Made by a program: the position numbers and the translations under genes. A stretch of DNA of 32,000 nucleotides. Origin: Lientehia hominis. Its GTDB lineage: Bacteria > Bacillota > Clostridia > Lachnospirales > Lachnospiraceae. The notes below the pieces were generated by a model that had not been told where the DNA came from, searched no databases, and was given only the letters and a program-made list of their open reading frames with translations. Location of the stretch: positions 43,920 to 75,919 of the forward strand of contig NZ_JAJNOR010000011.1 in NCBI RefSeq assembly GCF_021044755.1, written 5' to 3'. Below, piece by piece: positions 22,815 through 32,000 of this stretch (its first letter is position 1; each line of letters starts with the position of its first letter).

Positions 22815-24026
22815 ATGTTAATTGTTAAAAAATTCGGCGGCAGCTCGGTGGCCGACAAGGAAAGGATCTTCAATGTGGCGAGGCGCTGCGCTGAGGATTA
22901 TAAGAAGGGGGACGATGTGGTCGTGGTTTTGTCCGCCATGGGCAAGACGACAGACGGTCTGATCGCTCAGGCCCACGATATCAATCCCAACCCGCCCAAA
23001 AGAGAAATGGACATGCTCCTAGCAACTGGTGAACAGATGTCGGTGGCATATATGGCCATGGCGCTTTCGTCTATGGATATTCCCGCGGTTTCTCTTAACG
23101 CGTTCCAGGTGGCAATGCATACCAGCTCTGCTTATATGAACGCCAGGCTGAAACGGATCGACACAGAACGTATCCGGAACGAACTGGATGCCAGGAAGAT
23201 CGTGATCGTGACGGGCTTCCAGGGGGTCAACCGGCACGACGATTTTACGACTCTGGGAAGGGGCGGCTCCGACACGACAGCGGTGGCGCTGGCTGCGGCG
23301 CTTCACGCAGATGCCTGTGAAATCTATACGGATGTGGAGGGCGTTTATACCGCGGACCCCAGGATTGTGCCCAACGCAAGGAAGATGAGCGAGGTGACCT
23401 ATGATGAGATGCTGGAATTCGCGTCCCTGGGCGCCAAGGTACTTCATAATCGTTCAGTGGAGATGGCAAAAAGGTACGGTGTTCAGCTGGTGGTGCGCTC
23501 CAGCTTGAGCTATGCGGAAGGAACTGTTGTTAAGGAGGAGACAAAAATGGAGAAAATGATCGTAAGCGGTGTCGCTTCAGATTTGAATACGGCAAGAATT
23601 TCAGTAATCGGTGTGAATGATGAGCCTGGTATCGCCTTTAAGCTGTTTAACTACCTGGCTGCGAAGAATATCAACATTGATATCATCCTCCAGTCCGTGG
23701 CGAGGGACGGAAGAAGGGATATTGCGTTTACGGTCCCGAAGACAGAGCTTCATGAGGCGCTTGCCATTATCGATGAGCATAAAGATACGTTTACCGCCCG
23801 TTCTTTCCAGTATGATGAAAATGTAGCGAAGGTATCCATCATCGGAGCGGGCATGACCTCCAATCCCGGGGTGGCGGCCAAAATGTTTGAAGCGCTTTAC
23901 AACGCGGATATCAACATCCAGATGATCTCCACTTCCGAGATCCGTATCACGGTGCTGATTGACGAGAACGATGTTGCGCGCGCCATGAGAGCGATCCATG
24001 ACAAGTTCGATCTGGGCGATGACTGA
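22815..24026 (+). CDS. lysC: Aspartate kinase
   Basis: 403 aa, with MLIVKKFGGSSVADKERI (the kinase KFGGTS-type motif), GRGGSDTTAVALAAAL, and two C-terminal ACT domains. Confidence 0.93.
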   Translation: MLIVKKFGGSSVADKERIFNVARRCAEDYKKGDDVVVVLSAMGKTTDGLIAQAHDINPNPPKREMDMLLATGEQMSVAYMAMALSSMDIPAVSLNAFQVAMHTSSAYMNARLKRIDTERIRNELDARKIVIVTGFQGVNRHDDFTTLGRGGSDTTAVALAAALHADACEIYTDVEGVYTADPRIVPNARKMSEVTYDEMLEFASLGAKVLHNRSVEMAKRYGVQLVVRSSLSYAEGTVVKEETKMEKMIVSGVASDLNTARISVIGVNDEPGIAFKLFNYLAAKNINIDIILQSVARDGRRDIAFTVPKTELHEALAIIDEHKDTFTARSFQYDENVAKVSIIGAGMTSNPGVAAKMFEALYNADINIQMISTSEIRITVLIDENDVARAMRAIHDKFDLGDD

Positions 24027-24480
24027 AAAAAAAGGCGGAGCGGGCAGCGGAGGAAAGACAGAACGGACTTTGTACCTATTGGGACTGGCGGCTATCCTTG
24101 TGGTAGCCGCCGCCTCTTTTATCATTCGGTATTTTCATATTCCTCTGGGGGGTCCGCTCATGGCCTGTCCCATATATTCCCTGACCGGATTTTTCTGTCC
24201 GGGGTGCGGGGGGACGAGGGCTTTCCGCCTCTTGTTCCAGGGGAAAATAACAGCGAGTATCATCTGCCATCCTCTGGTGATCTACGGGATGGCTGTTTTT
24301 GGTATTTTCATGGTAAGCCATACTCTCAGGATTTTCACCAAAGGGAAAATAGGGGGGATGACTTATCGGCACATTTATATTAAAATAGCAGTAGTGCTTT
24401 TGATCTTAAATGTGATTGTCAAGAATCTGGCCTGGATCTGCTGGCACGTGAATCTCATAGAATGGGCATCCGCCCTGTAG
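24019..24480 (+). CDS. DUF2752 domain-containing membrane protein
   Basis: The signature CPIYSLTGFFCPGCGGTRAF is followed by hydrophobic helices. The start is uncertain (ATG 24019 or 23998), and both overlap the lysC 3' end. Confidence 0.7.
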   Translation: MTEKKGGAGSGGKTERTLYLLGLAAILVVAAASFIIRYFHIPLGGPLMACPIYSLTGFFCPGCGGTRAFRLLFQGKITASIICHPLVIYGMAVFGIFMVSHTLRIFTKGKIGGMTYRHIYIKIAVVLLILNVIVKNLAWICWHVNLIEWASAL

Positions 24481-24518
24481 GCCGGATATACCGATTGATT
24501 TGGAGGATGGTTAATAAA

Positions 24519-26663
24519 ATGGATATTATGAAGATGCTTTCCGAAGAGCTCGGGATAAAGAGGAGCCAGGCAGAGGCCGCCGTACAGCTGATCGACGAGG
24601 GGAATACCATTCCGTTTATCGCCCGCTACCGAAAGGAGATGACGGGCTCTCTGAATGACGAGGTGCTGAGGGACCTGGATGAAAGGCTCAGATATCTCCG
24701 GAACCTGGAGGATAGGAAGGCCCAGGTGCTGGAGACCATAAAGGAACAGGGCGCCCTGACCAAAGAGCTGGAAAGGCAGCTTTTGGAAGCGCAGACTCTG
24801 GTGCTGGTGGAGGATCTGTATCGCCCTTATAAGCCGAAGCGCAGAACAAGAGCGACTATCGCCAGAGAAAAGGGTCTTGAGCCTCTGGCAGATGTTCTGA
24901 TGCTGCAGATGCTCAAGGTCCCGGCTATTTCGGAAGCGGCCGGATATGTGTCGGAAGAAAAAGGGGTGGAATCGGCGGAGGCGGCTTTGGAGGGAGCCGG
25001 AGATATCCTGGCGGAAAGGATTTCCGATGAGGCAGATTACCGCACTTATATCCGGAGCCTGACGGTGGATAAGGGGCTTTTGCAGTCGTCGGCCAAAGAC
25101 GAAAAAGAAAAATCTGTATATGAAATGTATTATAATTTTGAGGAGCCAGTGAAAAAGACCGCAGGACACAGGATTCTGGCAATTAACCGGGGGGAAAAGG
25201 AAAAATTCCTGACTGTGAAGATAGCTGCTCCGGAGGAGGATATCCTTAAGTATCTGGAGCGGAAGGTCATTGTCAGAGATAATCCGTACACAGCTCCGGT
25301 GTTAAAAGACGTGATAGCAGACAGCTATAAAAGGCTGATCGCCCCTGCCATAGAGCGGGAGGTGAGGAGCAGCCTGACAGAAACAGCCGAGGCAGGAGCC
25401 ATCAAGGTCTTTGGCAAAAATCTGGAGCAGCTTCTGATGCAGCCGCCCATTGTGGGACATGTGGTGCTCGGCTGGGATCCCGCTTTCCGCACCGGCTGTA
25501 AGCTGGCCGTGGTGGACGCTACGGGGAAAGTGCTGGACACGGTGGTCATCTATCCGACGGCGCCTCAGAATAAGGTAAAAGAAGCGAAAGCCGTGCTTAA
25601 GAAACTCATTGAGAAATATGGCGTGACCTTAATATCCGTGGGAAACGGGACCGCATCGCGGGAGTCGGAGCAGGTGATCGTGGAGCTTTTAAAGGAGATT
25701 CCGCAGCGGGTCCAGTATATCATTGTCAACGAGGCCGGAGCATCGGTCTATTCTGCCAGTAAACTGGCAACGGAGGAATTTCCTGATTTCGACGTGGCGC
25801 AGAGGAGCGCGGTCTCCATTGCGAGGCGTCTGCAGGATCCGCTGGCGGAGCTGGTGAAAATCGACCCGAAATCCATCGGAGTGGGGCAGTATCAGCATGA
25901 TATGAATCAGAAGAACCTGGATGAGGCTTTAAAAGCAGTGGTAGAGGATTGTGTGAACAAGGTCGGGGTGGATCTCAACACGGCTTCGGCTTCCCTGCTG
26001 GAATATATTTCTGGAATCAGCAAGGCGGTCTCCAAAAATATCGTGGCTTACCGGGAGGAAAATGGAAGGTTTACAGACCGCAGGCAGCTTTTGAAGGTGG
26101 CAAAGCTGGGACCCAAGGCATATGAGCAGTGTGCCGGCTTCATGAGGATACAGGGAGGGAAGAATCCGCTTGACGCTACCGCGGTCCATCCGGAGAGTTA
26201 TCCGGCGGTGGATGCTCTGCTTGATAAACTGGGATACGATAAGACACAGATAACCGTGGGAGGCCTTTCCGGTATCAGCAGAAAGGTGATGAGGCCGAAG
26301 GAGCTTGCCGGAGAGCTGGGGATCGGGGAAATTACTCTGTCCGACATCCTGAAGGAGCTGGAGAAACCGGCCAGGGATCCGAGGGATGAGATGCCTAAGC
26401 CGATTCTCCGGACCGATGTTCTGGACATGAAGGACCTTAAGCCGGGGATGGTCCTTAAGGGTACGGTGCGGAATGTCATTGATTTCGGGGCGTTTGTGGA
26501 TATCGGCGTCCATCAGGACGGCCTGGTCCATATCTCCCAGATGAGTGACCGCTTTATCAAACATCCGCTGGAGGCGGTCAGCGTAGGGGATATTGTGGAG
26601 GTGCAGGTATTAAGCGTGGATCTGGACAGGAAGCGGATTCAGCTGACCATGAAGATAAAATAA
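24519..26663 (+). CDS. Tex-like transcription accessory protein (S1 RNA-binding domain protein)
   Basis: The ORF is 24462..26663. The likely start is the ATG at 24519 (MDIMKMLSEELGI). It has the N-terminal Tex motif GNTIPFIARYRKE, a YqgF-like core, HhH repeats and a C-terminal S1 domain (GMVLKGTVRNVIDFGAFVDIGVHQDGLVHISQMS). Confidence 0.92.
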   Translation: MDIMKMLSEELGIKRSQAEAAVQLIDEGNTIPFIARYRKEMTGSLNDEVLRDLDERLRYLRNLEDRKAQVLETIKEQGALTKELERQLLEAQTLVLVEDLYRPYKPKRRTRATIAREKGLEPLADVLMLQMLKVPAISEAAGYVSEEKGVESAEAALEGAGDILAERISDEADYRTYIRSLTVDKGLLQSSAKDEKEKSVYEMYYNFEEPVKKTAGHRILAINRGEKEKFLTVKIAAPEEDILKYLERKVIVRDNPYTAPVLKDVIADSYKRLIAPAIEREVRSSLTETAEAGAIKVFGKNLEQLLMQPPIVGHVVLGWDPAFRTGCKLAVVDATGKVLDTVVIYPTAPQNKVKEAKAVLKKLIEKYGVTLISVGNGTASRESEQVIVELLKEIPQRVQYIIVNEAGASVYSASKLATEEFPDFDVAQRSAVSIARRLQDPLAELVKIDPKSIGVGQYQHDMNQKNLDEALKAVVEDCVNKVGVDLNTASASLLEYISGISKAVSKNIVAYREENGRFTDRRQLLKVAKLGPKAYEQCAGFMRIQGGKNPLDATAVHPESYPAVDALLDKLGYDKTQITVGGLSGISRKVMRPKELAGELGIGEITLSDILKELEKPARDPRDEMPKPILRTDVLDMKDLKPGMVLKGTVRNVIDFGAFVDIGVHQDGLVHISQMSDRFIKHPLEAVSVGDIVEVQVLSVDLDRKRIQLTMKIK

Positions 26664-26714
26664 TGCCGGAGGCTTTAAGACCCGCCGGAGAATTGACGGA
26701 GGAAATAAGATAGA

Positions 26715-27245
26715 ATGGATAAAATCAGAGTCACAACGGAGATCAAACCAAAGTATTTATTCCGATTTCAGGTATATCACACGTATTTCGGGCTGACCGG
26801 CATCCTGCTTGTCCTGCTGTCTGTGATGGCATTGGTGGATTTGATCGGGAATTTTGGCAGCATGGCGGTATGGGCCAAGATATTCTGTATCTTTATTTTA
26901 ATATGGGGACTTGTTTTAAATCCACTGAATCTGTATTATAAGTCTAAAAAGCAGGCGGCTACCACCGAGCTTTTCCAGCATCCTATTGACGTGGAAATAT
27001 CAAAGGACGGACTCGGAATCTTTCAAGGTGACAAGGGCGGCCTTGTTGAGTGGAAGGATATCACAAAGATCGTTGTTCTCAAAAATGTCGTTCTGTTTTA
27101 TATGGGAAAGGTGAGGGCGCATCTGCTTCCTCTGGACCAGAACCCCGAGCAGGCAGACGATATCGTAGAGCTCATCCGGAAGTCGGCCAAGGGCAGGAGA
27201 GTCATTGTCCACAGAAGGAAACGGAGGAAAAGGAAAGGTGCTTGA
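26715..27245 (+). CDS. Hypothetical membrane protein, YcxB-like layout
   Basis: 176 aa. It has two N-terminal TM helices, then a soluble domain ending in a basic tail (HRRKRRKRKGA). The family assignment is tentative. Confidence 0.6.
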   Translation: MDKIRVTTEIKPKYLFRFQVYHTYFGLTGILLVLLSVMALVDLIGNFGSMAVWAKIFCIFILIWGLVLNPLNLYYKSKKQAATTELFQHPIDVEISKDGLGIFQGDKGGLVEWKDITKIVVLKNVVLFYMGKVRAHLLPLDQNPEQADDIVELIRKSAKGRRVIVHRRKRRKRKGA

Positions 27246-27675
27246 GCAGGTTGAGACATACAGTCCGGAAGAAACGTTTTCGTTTGGGAAGCGTCTGGGA
27301 GAGGACGCCGGACCGGGCACAGTGTTCTGCCTGGACGGCGATCTGGGAGTGGGGAAGACCGTTTTCACCCAGGGCTTTGCCGCCGGGCTCGGGATCACGG
27401 AGCCTGTGAACAGCCCTACCTTTACCATTGTGCAGGTTTATGAGGAGGGACGCCTTCCTCTGTATCATTTTGATGTATACCGGATTGGCGATGTGGAAGA
27501 GATGGAAGAGATCGGATATGAGGATTATTTTTTCGGGGACGGGGTATGTCTCATAGAGTGGGCTTCCCTGATCAGGGAGCTTATACCGGGATCTGCGGAA
27601 TGGATCACCATCGAGAAGGACATGGAAAAAGGGTTTGATTACCGGAAAATAACCATAGGACGGGAAAGGCAATGA
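27238..27675 (+). CDS. tsaE: tRNA t6A37 biosynthesis ATPase TsaE
   Basis: Motifs GDLGVGKTVFTQG (P-loop), SPTFTIV and HFDVYRI. The start is uncertain: GTG 27238 gives 145 aa, and the ORF-track start is TTG 27205. Confidence 0.88.
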   Translation: MLEQVETYSPEETFSFGKRLGEDAGPGTVFCLDGDLGVGKTVFTQGFAAGLGITEPVNSPTFTIVQVYEEGRLPLYHFDVYRIGDVEEMEEIGYEDYFFGDGVCLIEWASLIRELIPGSAEWITIEKDMEKGFDYRKITIGRERQ

Positions 27676-28403
27676 AAATATTAGGAATCGAAAGTGCTTC
27701 TTTGACAGCTTCGGCCGCCGTCTGGGAGGACGAGAGGCTGACGGCAGAATATACGGTGGACTTTAAGAAGACCCATTCTCAGACCCTGCTTCCAATGATT
27801 GATGAGATCGTAAGGATGACAGAAACGGACCTGGAGACGATCGACGCCATAGCGGTGTCCGGTGGTCCTGGTTCCTTTACCGGATTAAGAATCGGCTCAG
27901 CGACGGCAAAGGGGCTGGGGCTGGCTCTTGATAAACCGCTCATCCATGTGCCGACTTTGGATGCCATGGCGTATCAGCATTTTGGAACGGACCGTCTCAT
28001 ATGCCCGATCATGGATGCCAGAAGGGGACAGGTGTACTGCGGACTGTATGAGTTCCATTCGGAATTCCAGGTTCTGAAGCCGCAGGCGGCTATGGATCTT
28101 AAAGAGCTCCTGGAAGAGATTAATGAAAAGAAGCGCCCTGTAGTCTTTTTGGGCGATGGAGTGCCCGTTGGGAGAGCGGTGATCGAAGAAAGAACCCGGG
28201 TTCCCTTTGTGTTTGCCCCTTCGTTTTCATGCCGTCAGAGGGCCGGAGCCGTAGCGGCCCTGGGAGCAGAGTACTTGAAAGCAGGGAGGACAGAACAAGC
28301 CGGGGATTATGCGCCGGAGTATCTGCGTGTATCTCAGGCGGAGCGGGAGATGCTGGAAAGAAAAAAACGGGCGGAGGGTCCGGCGAAGGAGACCATATCG
28401 TGA
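27672..28403 (+). CDS. tsaB: tRNA t6A37 biosynthesis protein TsaB
   Basis: MKILGIESASLTASAAVWEDE and GPGSFTGLRIGSATAKGL are typical of TsaB. Its ATG overlaps the tsaE stop. Confidence 0.88.
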   Translation: MKILGIESASLTASAAVWEDERLTAEYTVDFKKTHSQTLLPMIDEIVRMTETDLETIDAIAVSGGPGSFTGLRIGSATAKGLGLALDKPLIHVPTLDAMAYQHFGTDRLICPIMDARRGQVYCGLYEFHSEFQVLKPQAAMDLKELLEEINEKKRPVVFLGDGVPVGRAVIEERTRVPFVFAPSFSCRQRAGAVAALGAEYLKAGRTEQAGDYAPEYLRVSQAEREMLERKKRAEGPAKETIS

Positions 28404-28894
28404 ACGGAATTCTGATAAGAAATCTGGAACCGGAGGACGCCCTGGAAGCGGCTGCCTTGGAACAGAGGGCTTTCGGCACACCCTGGTCAGAGAAGCTTAT
28501 TTCTGAGACGATACGGCAGGCTTTGGATAGCAGAAGGAAGGAGCTTGAGGCTGAAGCGCCTTTGAAGCTGTCCTTTGGTGCCATTGGAGCCTGGAAGGGA
28601 ACATGTCTGGCGGGATATCTGTTCGCCATGATTGTGGCCGGAGAGGGAGAGCTTCACCGAATCGCCGTTTTGCCGGAATTTCGCAGAATGGGAATCGCAG
28701 GCCTTCTCATGGAAGCATTTCTGTCCTGGATGAAAGAGCGGGGTACAGGGGCTGCCACCCTGGAGGTGCGGGAAGGAAATCTTGCCGCCGTTTCTCTGTA
28801 TGAGAAGTACGGCTTCCAGGAAGAAGGGCGGAGAAAGGACTATTATCGGAATCCCACGGAGGATGCGAGGATCTTCTGGCTCAGAAAGCTTTAG
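28400..28894 (+). CDS. rimI: Ribosomal-protein-alanine N-acetyltransferase (GNAT)
   Basis: The GTG at 28400 overlaps the tsaB stop (GTGA). The GNAT core is LHRIAVLPEFRRMGIAGLLM...LEVREGNLAAVSLYEKYGF. It sits in the conserved tsaE-tsaB-rimI position. Confidence 0.85.
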   Translation: MNGILIRNLEPEDALEAAALEQRAFGTPWSEKLISETIRQALDSRRKELEAEAPLKLSFGAIGAWKGTCLAGYLFAMIVAGEGELHRIAVLPEFRRMGIAGLLMEAFLSWMKERGTGAATLEVREGNLAAVSLYEKYGFQEEGRRKDYYRNPTEDARIFWLRKL

Positions 28895-28917
28895 AGGAAG
28901 ACGACGGAAGGAATTCC

Positions 28918-29241
28918 ATGGATTACCGCTTTCTTATTCCGGCTCATGATTTTATAATGATAAAGAAGGATAACAATAAAAGAACGAGCTTTTGGAAAGG
29001 CTGTGAGAATTGCATGGAGACAAAACAGGAATTCCGGATCTGCAACCAATGCGGAAAGACGGTTAAGACAGATGGCACACCTCCTTACGGGGAGGGCCTG
29101 TCCGTGGCGAAGACCTGGGGATATTTTTCCGGGAAGGACGGAGAACGGCATCATTTCTTTCTCTGTGAGGACTGCTATGACAAGCTTGTAAAAGGGTTTT
29201 CCGTGCCCGTGGATATAGAGGAAGAGACAGAGCTTCTTTAA
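28918..29241 (+). CDS. Hypothetical small protein with CxxC...CxxC (zinc-ribbon-like) motif
   Basis: The ORF is 107 aa. The true start may be the internal ATG at 29014 (METKQEFRICNQCGK...FFLCEDCYDKL), giving 75 aa. There are two CxxC pairs and an acidic tail. I recognise no family. Confidence 0.5.
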   Translation: MDYRFLIPAHDFIMIKKDNNKRTSFWKGCENCMETKQEFRICNQCGKTVKTDGTPPYGEGLSVAKTWGYFSGKDGERHHFFLCEDCYDKLVKGFSVPVDIEEETELL

Positions 29242-29259
29242 AACGAGAACAATTTACAG

Positions 29260-29320
29260 ACCGCCCCGGGATATGAGAGAGAATACTCTTGTATCAGCGG
29301 GGCGGTTTATGTTATGATAA
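29260..29320 (+). terminator. Possible terminator (long-loop GC hairpin)
   Basis: 9-bp stem ACCGCCCCG / CGGGGCGGT (29260-29268 / 29298-29306) with a 29-nt loop, followed by TTTATGTT. The large loop lowers confidence. Confidence 0.4.
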
Positions 29321-29377
29321 TGCAATGTGAGAACAGAATGAAAAAAATGGATATGTATTTCAGAAGGAAGGATTGCC

Positions 29378-30292
29378 ATGCTTGATATATGCTTATTGGG
29401 AACCGGGGGGATGATGCCGCTGCCCTACCGGTGGCTGACCTCTCTTATGACGCGGTGCGGTGGCAGTCATCTGCTCATCGACTGCGGAGAAGGGACACAG
29501 ATTGCCTTAAAAAAGAAAGGATGGAGCGCGAAGCCCATCGACGTGATATGCTTTACTCATTACCATGCGGACCACATCAGCGGCCTTCCTGGCCTGCTTT
29601 TGACCATGGGAAACGCGGAACGGACGGAACCGCTTAAGATGATTGGTCCCAGGGGGCTTGAGCGTGTCGTTACCGCTCTGCGGACCATAGCTCCCGAGCT
29701 GCCCTTTCCCATTGAATTTCATGAGCTGTCGGAACGGGAGCAGGATCTGACCGTGGGTCCGTATTCGATTCGCGCGTTTCGGGTCAATCATAATATTCCC
29801 TGCTATGGATATTCCGTCTCCTTAAAGCGGGCGGGGAAATTTCAAGTGGAGAAGGCAAAGGCACTTGAACTTCCGGTGCGTTTTTGGGGTGTTCTTCAGA
29901 GAGGGGAAAATGTGGAGCTTGACGGCCGGCTTTATACGCCGGACATGGTGATGGGAGAAGAGCGGAAGGGCATTAAAGTGACTTACTGCACGGATACCAG
30001 ACCGACGCCCGGCATCGCAGAGGAGGCGAAAACAGCGGACCTGTTTATCTGTGAGGGTATGTACGGAGACCGGGAAAAAGCAGCTAAAGCGCGGGAGAAT
30101 AAGCATATGACCATGTATGAGGCGGCGAGGCTGGCCAGAGATGCGGATGTGCCGGAGCTTTGGCTTACTCATTACAGTCCGTCCCTGATGTGGCCGGAGG
30201 ATTATATGGACGAGGTGCGGAAGATTTTCCCCAGGGCGCTGGCGGCGAAAGACGGACAGTCGGCGGAGCTTAAATTTGAAGAAGACGATTAG
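29378..30292 (+). CDS. rnz: Ribonuclease Z (MBL-fold)
   Basis: 304 aa. It has LGTGG near the N-terminus, the metallo-beta-lactamase motif HYHADHISG, and a C-terminal THYS motif. The size is typical of short-form RNase Z. Confidence 0.85.
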   Translation: MLDICLLGTGGMMPLPYRWLTSLMTRCGGSHLLIDCGEGTQIALKKKGWSAKPIDVICFTHYHADHISGLPGLLLTMGNAERTEPLKMIGPRGLERVVTALRTIAPELPFPIEFHELSEREQDLTVGPYSIRAFRVNHNIPCYGYSVSLKRAGKFQVEKAKALELPVRFWGVLQRGENVELDGRLYTPDMVMGEERKGIKVTYCTDTRPTPGIAEEAKTADLFICEGMYGDREKAAKARENKHMTMYEAARLARDADVPELWLTHYSPSLMWPEDYMDEVRKIFPRALAAKDGQSAELKFEEDD

Positions 30293-30316
30293 CGGTTTTA
30301 GCAGAGATGGAAACGG

Positions 30317-31375
30317 ATGATAGGAATGGATGATAAAATGGAAGCAGAAAAAAAAGAACAGGATGTATATATTTTAGCTATCGAAAGCTCATGCGACGAA
30401 ACAGCGGCGGCGGTGGTCAAGAACGGCAGGGAGGTTTTGTCCAATGTGATATCATCACAGATCGCGCTGCACACGCTGTTCGGGGGCGTAGTGCCGGAGA
30501 TTGCTTCCAGGAAGCATATTGAAAAGATCAATCAGGTGATCCAGGAAGCCTTGGACGAAGCGGATATGACTCTGGATGAAATGACCGCTGTGGGGGTCAC
30601 CTATGGCCCCGGCCTGGTGGGCGCTCTGCTGGTAGGTGTATCCGCCGCAAAGGCAATCGCGTATGCGAAGAAGCTGCCGCTTATCGGCGTACATCATATA
30701 GAAGGCCATGTCAGCGCCAACTTTATTGAGAACAAAGAGCTGGAGCCGCCTTTTTTATGCCTGATCGTCTCCGGCGGCCATACTCATCTGGTGAAGATGA
30801 AGGACTACGGGGAATTTGAGATTATCGGAAGGACCAGGGACGATGCCGCGGGGGAGGCCTTTGACAAGGTGGCGCGGGCGATTGGGCTTGGGTATCCGGG
30901 AGGACCGAAGATAGATAAGGCCGCAAGGGAAGGGAATCCCCACGCGATGGAATTCCCGCGGGCGAAAATAGAAGGAGCGCCTTATGACTTCAGCTTCAGT
31001 GGTTTGAAGTCGGCAGTGCTCAATTACCTGAACCATGAAAAGATGCGGGGAGAAGAGGTCAGCCGGAACGACCTGGCCGCTTCCTTTCAAAATGCGGTGG
31101 TAGAATCCCTGGTGAGCCGCACGATTCTGGCTGCCAGAGAATTCAATATCCGGGATGTGGTCATTGCCGGCGGTGTGGCCTCGAATTCAGCTCTCCGGGC
31201 AGCCATGAAAGTGGCATGCGAGAAGGAAGGATTCCGCTTTTACTATCCGTCTCCCGCTCTTTGTACCGACAATGCGGCGATGATCGGCGCGGCAGCCTAC
31301 TATGAGTATCAAAAAGGGACAAGGAGCGGCTGGGATCTGAACGCGGTTCCCAACCTGAAGCTGGGAGAGCGGTAA
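30317..31375 (+). CDS. tsaD: tRNA N6-adenosine threonylcarbamoyltransferase TsaD
   Basis: Motifs [24 protein letters not shown] and SGGHTHL, plus a conserved C-terminal half. The start is uncertain among the ATGs at 30317, 30326 and 30338. Confidence 0.95.
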   Translation: MIGMDDKMEAEKKEQDVYILAIESSCDETAAAVVKNGREVLSNVISSQIALHTLFGGVVPEIASRKHIEKINQVIQEALDEADMTLDEMTAVGVTYGPGLVGALLVGVSAAKAIAYAKKLPLIGVHHIEGHVSANFIENKELEPPFLCLIVSGGHTHLVKMKDYGEFEIIGRTRDDAAGEAFDKVARAIGLGYPGGPKIDKAAREGNPHAMEFPRAKIEGAPYDFSFSGLKSAVLNYLNHEKMRGEEVSRNDLAASFQNAVVESLVSRTILAAREFNIRDVVIAGGVASNSALRAAMKVACEKEGFRFYYPSPALCTDNAAMIGAAAYYEYQKGTRSGWDLNAVPNLKLGER

Positions 31376-31452
31376 AGCGTGGTGCGAAAATTAATCTGAA
31401 AAATGCCGGTCAGGATAAATATATGGTTTAATACTATAGGATTCTATGAAAA

Positions 31453-31490
31453 GCTCTTGCCAATACGGTAAGAGCCTTTTTCTATTCTTT
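31453..31490 (+). terminator. Rho-independent terminator after tsaD
   Basis: 9-bp stem GCTCTTGCC / GGTAAGAGC (one G.U) with loop AATAC, followed by CTTTTTCTATTCTTT. Confidence 0.75.
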
Positions 31491-31528
31491 ATTATGATTA
31501 TATTTTTTGGGAAGTTTGATGGTATAAC

Positions 31529-31557
31529 TTGATTACAATATGAAAAGGTGATAAAAT
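31529..31557 (+). promoter_or_regulatory. Candidate promoter of the BlaI-family gene
   Basis: TTGATT (31529-31534), a 17-nt spacer, then TAAAAT (31552-31557). The spacer contains ATTACAAT, reminiscent of the TACA/TGTA half-sites bound by BlaI/MecI repressors. Confidence 0.4.
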
Positions 31558-31605
31558 ACAGGTAAGTAAAAAAGAGTAATATATTATAATTAAAAGGAGA
31601 AAACA

Positions 31606-32000
31606 ATGCTGGAAAAAGCAAAATTAACGGCGACTGAACTGGAGCTGATGAGAGTTATCTGGGAAGTGGGGGAAATCGGTCAGGAAACGACTACTTCCAA
31701 TATCCGAAAAACATATCAGGAATATTTAAATGAGCAGGTTCTTCCGCAGACTGTGAACACATATGCAGGTCATTTGGAAAAGAAAGGTTATATCCGAATC
31801 ATTAAATCGGAGAATGGACGCCGGATCCATATTCCTCTTGTAAATAAACATGATTACATGAAAGAGCAGACAAGATATTGGAGGAAATTTTGGAATCAAA
31901 GCAGTGCCGCATATGCAATGATGGCATTAAAGGGAGATGAAGAAGGTCTTTCTAAAGAAGATTTAGAAGAATTCAGGAGATTTTTGGATGAACTTGATTA
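31606..32000 (+). CDS. BlaI/MecI/CopY-family transcriptional repressor, 3' partial (runs off the window)
   Basis: It is absent from the ORF track because there is no stop before the window end. The ATG at 31606 has AAAGGAGA 5 nt upstream. The frame is open for 131 codons: MLEKAKLTATELELMRVIWEVGEIG...VNTYAGHLEKKGYIRI. This is the winged-helix signature of penicillinase-repressor family proteins. Confidence 0.8.
   Translation, partial: MLEKAKLTATELELMRVIWEVGEIGQETTTSNIRKTYQEYLNEQVLPQTVNTYAGHLEKKGYIRIIKSENGRRIHIPLVNKHDYMKEQTRYWRKFWNQSSAAYAMMALKGDEEGLSKEDLEEFRRFLDELD

Noticed and set aside
31391-31621. 76-aa minus-strand ORF 31391..31621
   Set aside because: It is very AT-rich with a Phe/Ile/Asn/Tyr-rich product. 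It spans the tsaD terminator and the candidate promoter and RBS of the BlaI-family gene, and it has no RBS. It is likely spurious.
1-32000. CRISPR arrays, tRNA/rRNA genes, intact transposases/integrases, or recognisable defence systems (restriction-modification, toxin-antitoxin, retron, CBASS-like)
   Set aside because: I found no regularly spaced direct repeats, no tRNA-like T-arm/acceptor motifs, and no ORF with recombinase, nuclease-helicase, reverse-transcriptase or cyclase signatures. The only repeats are the inverted 0.4 kb pair, the DnaA boxes and the short operator repeats reported above.

Overview
This 32 kb window looks like chromosome from a Clostridia-class Firmicute, an inference from gene content and order. 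I found no rRNA, tRNA or CRISPR array. From 11.4 to 31.4 kb the content is mostly housekeeping and almost all on the + strand. In order: an FAD oxidoreductase, a TetR regulator with a MacB/FtsX-type ABC pair, hpf plus a cytidylate-kinase-like gene (minus strand), secA, prfB with its programmed +1 frameshift, ACT-hom-lysC, a DUF2752 protein, tex, a YcxB-like protein, tsaE-tsaB-rimI, a small 4-Cys ORF, rnz and tsaD. A BlaI/MecI-family regulator then runs off the right edge. The left third is accessory. It holds a 5'-partial SH3/NlpC-P60 hydrolase and a LysR regulator divergent from a heterodimeric ABC exporter with one degenerate ATP site. Next comes a visibly AT-richer island (about 6.4-10.95 kb) in which decayed mobile-element genes surround an intact CsoR-family repressor and a short P1B ATPase with readable promoters and operators. 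The most unusual signal is a roughly 0.4 kb GC-rich, hairpin-dense, non-coding element present twice in inverted orientation (about 1215-1632 on the minus strand, 10952-11365 on the plus strand). The two copies bracket the whole accessory block. The G.U versus A x C pattern in a conserved stem points to an RNA read on those strands, and I could not match it by motif to any RNA family I know. Other points worth a second look are a dense same-orientation DnaA-box cluster between divergent hpf and secA, a prfB frameshift site that uses UAA rather than UGA, a small unannotated micro-operon with a consensus promoter inside the island, and tandem operator-like repeats at the TetR promoter. All coordinates of small motifs were counted by hand. 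GC differences and percent identities are by eye and were not computed.
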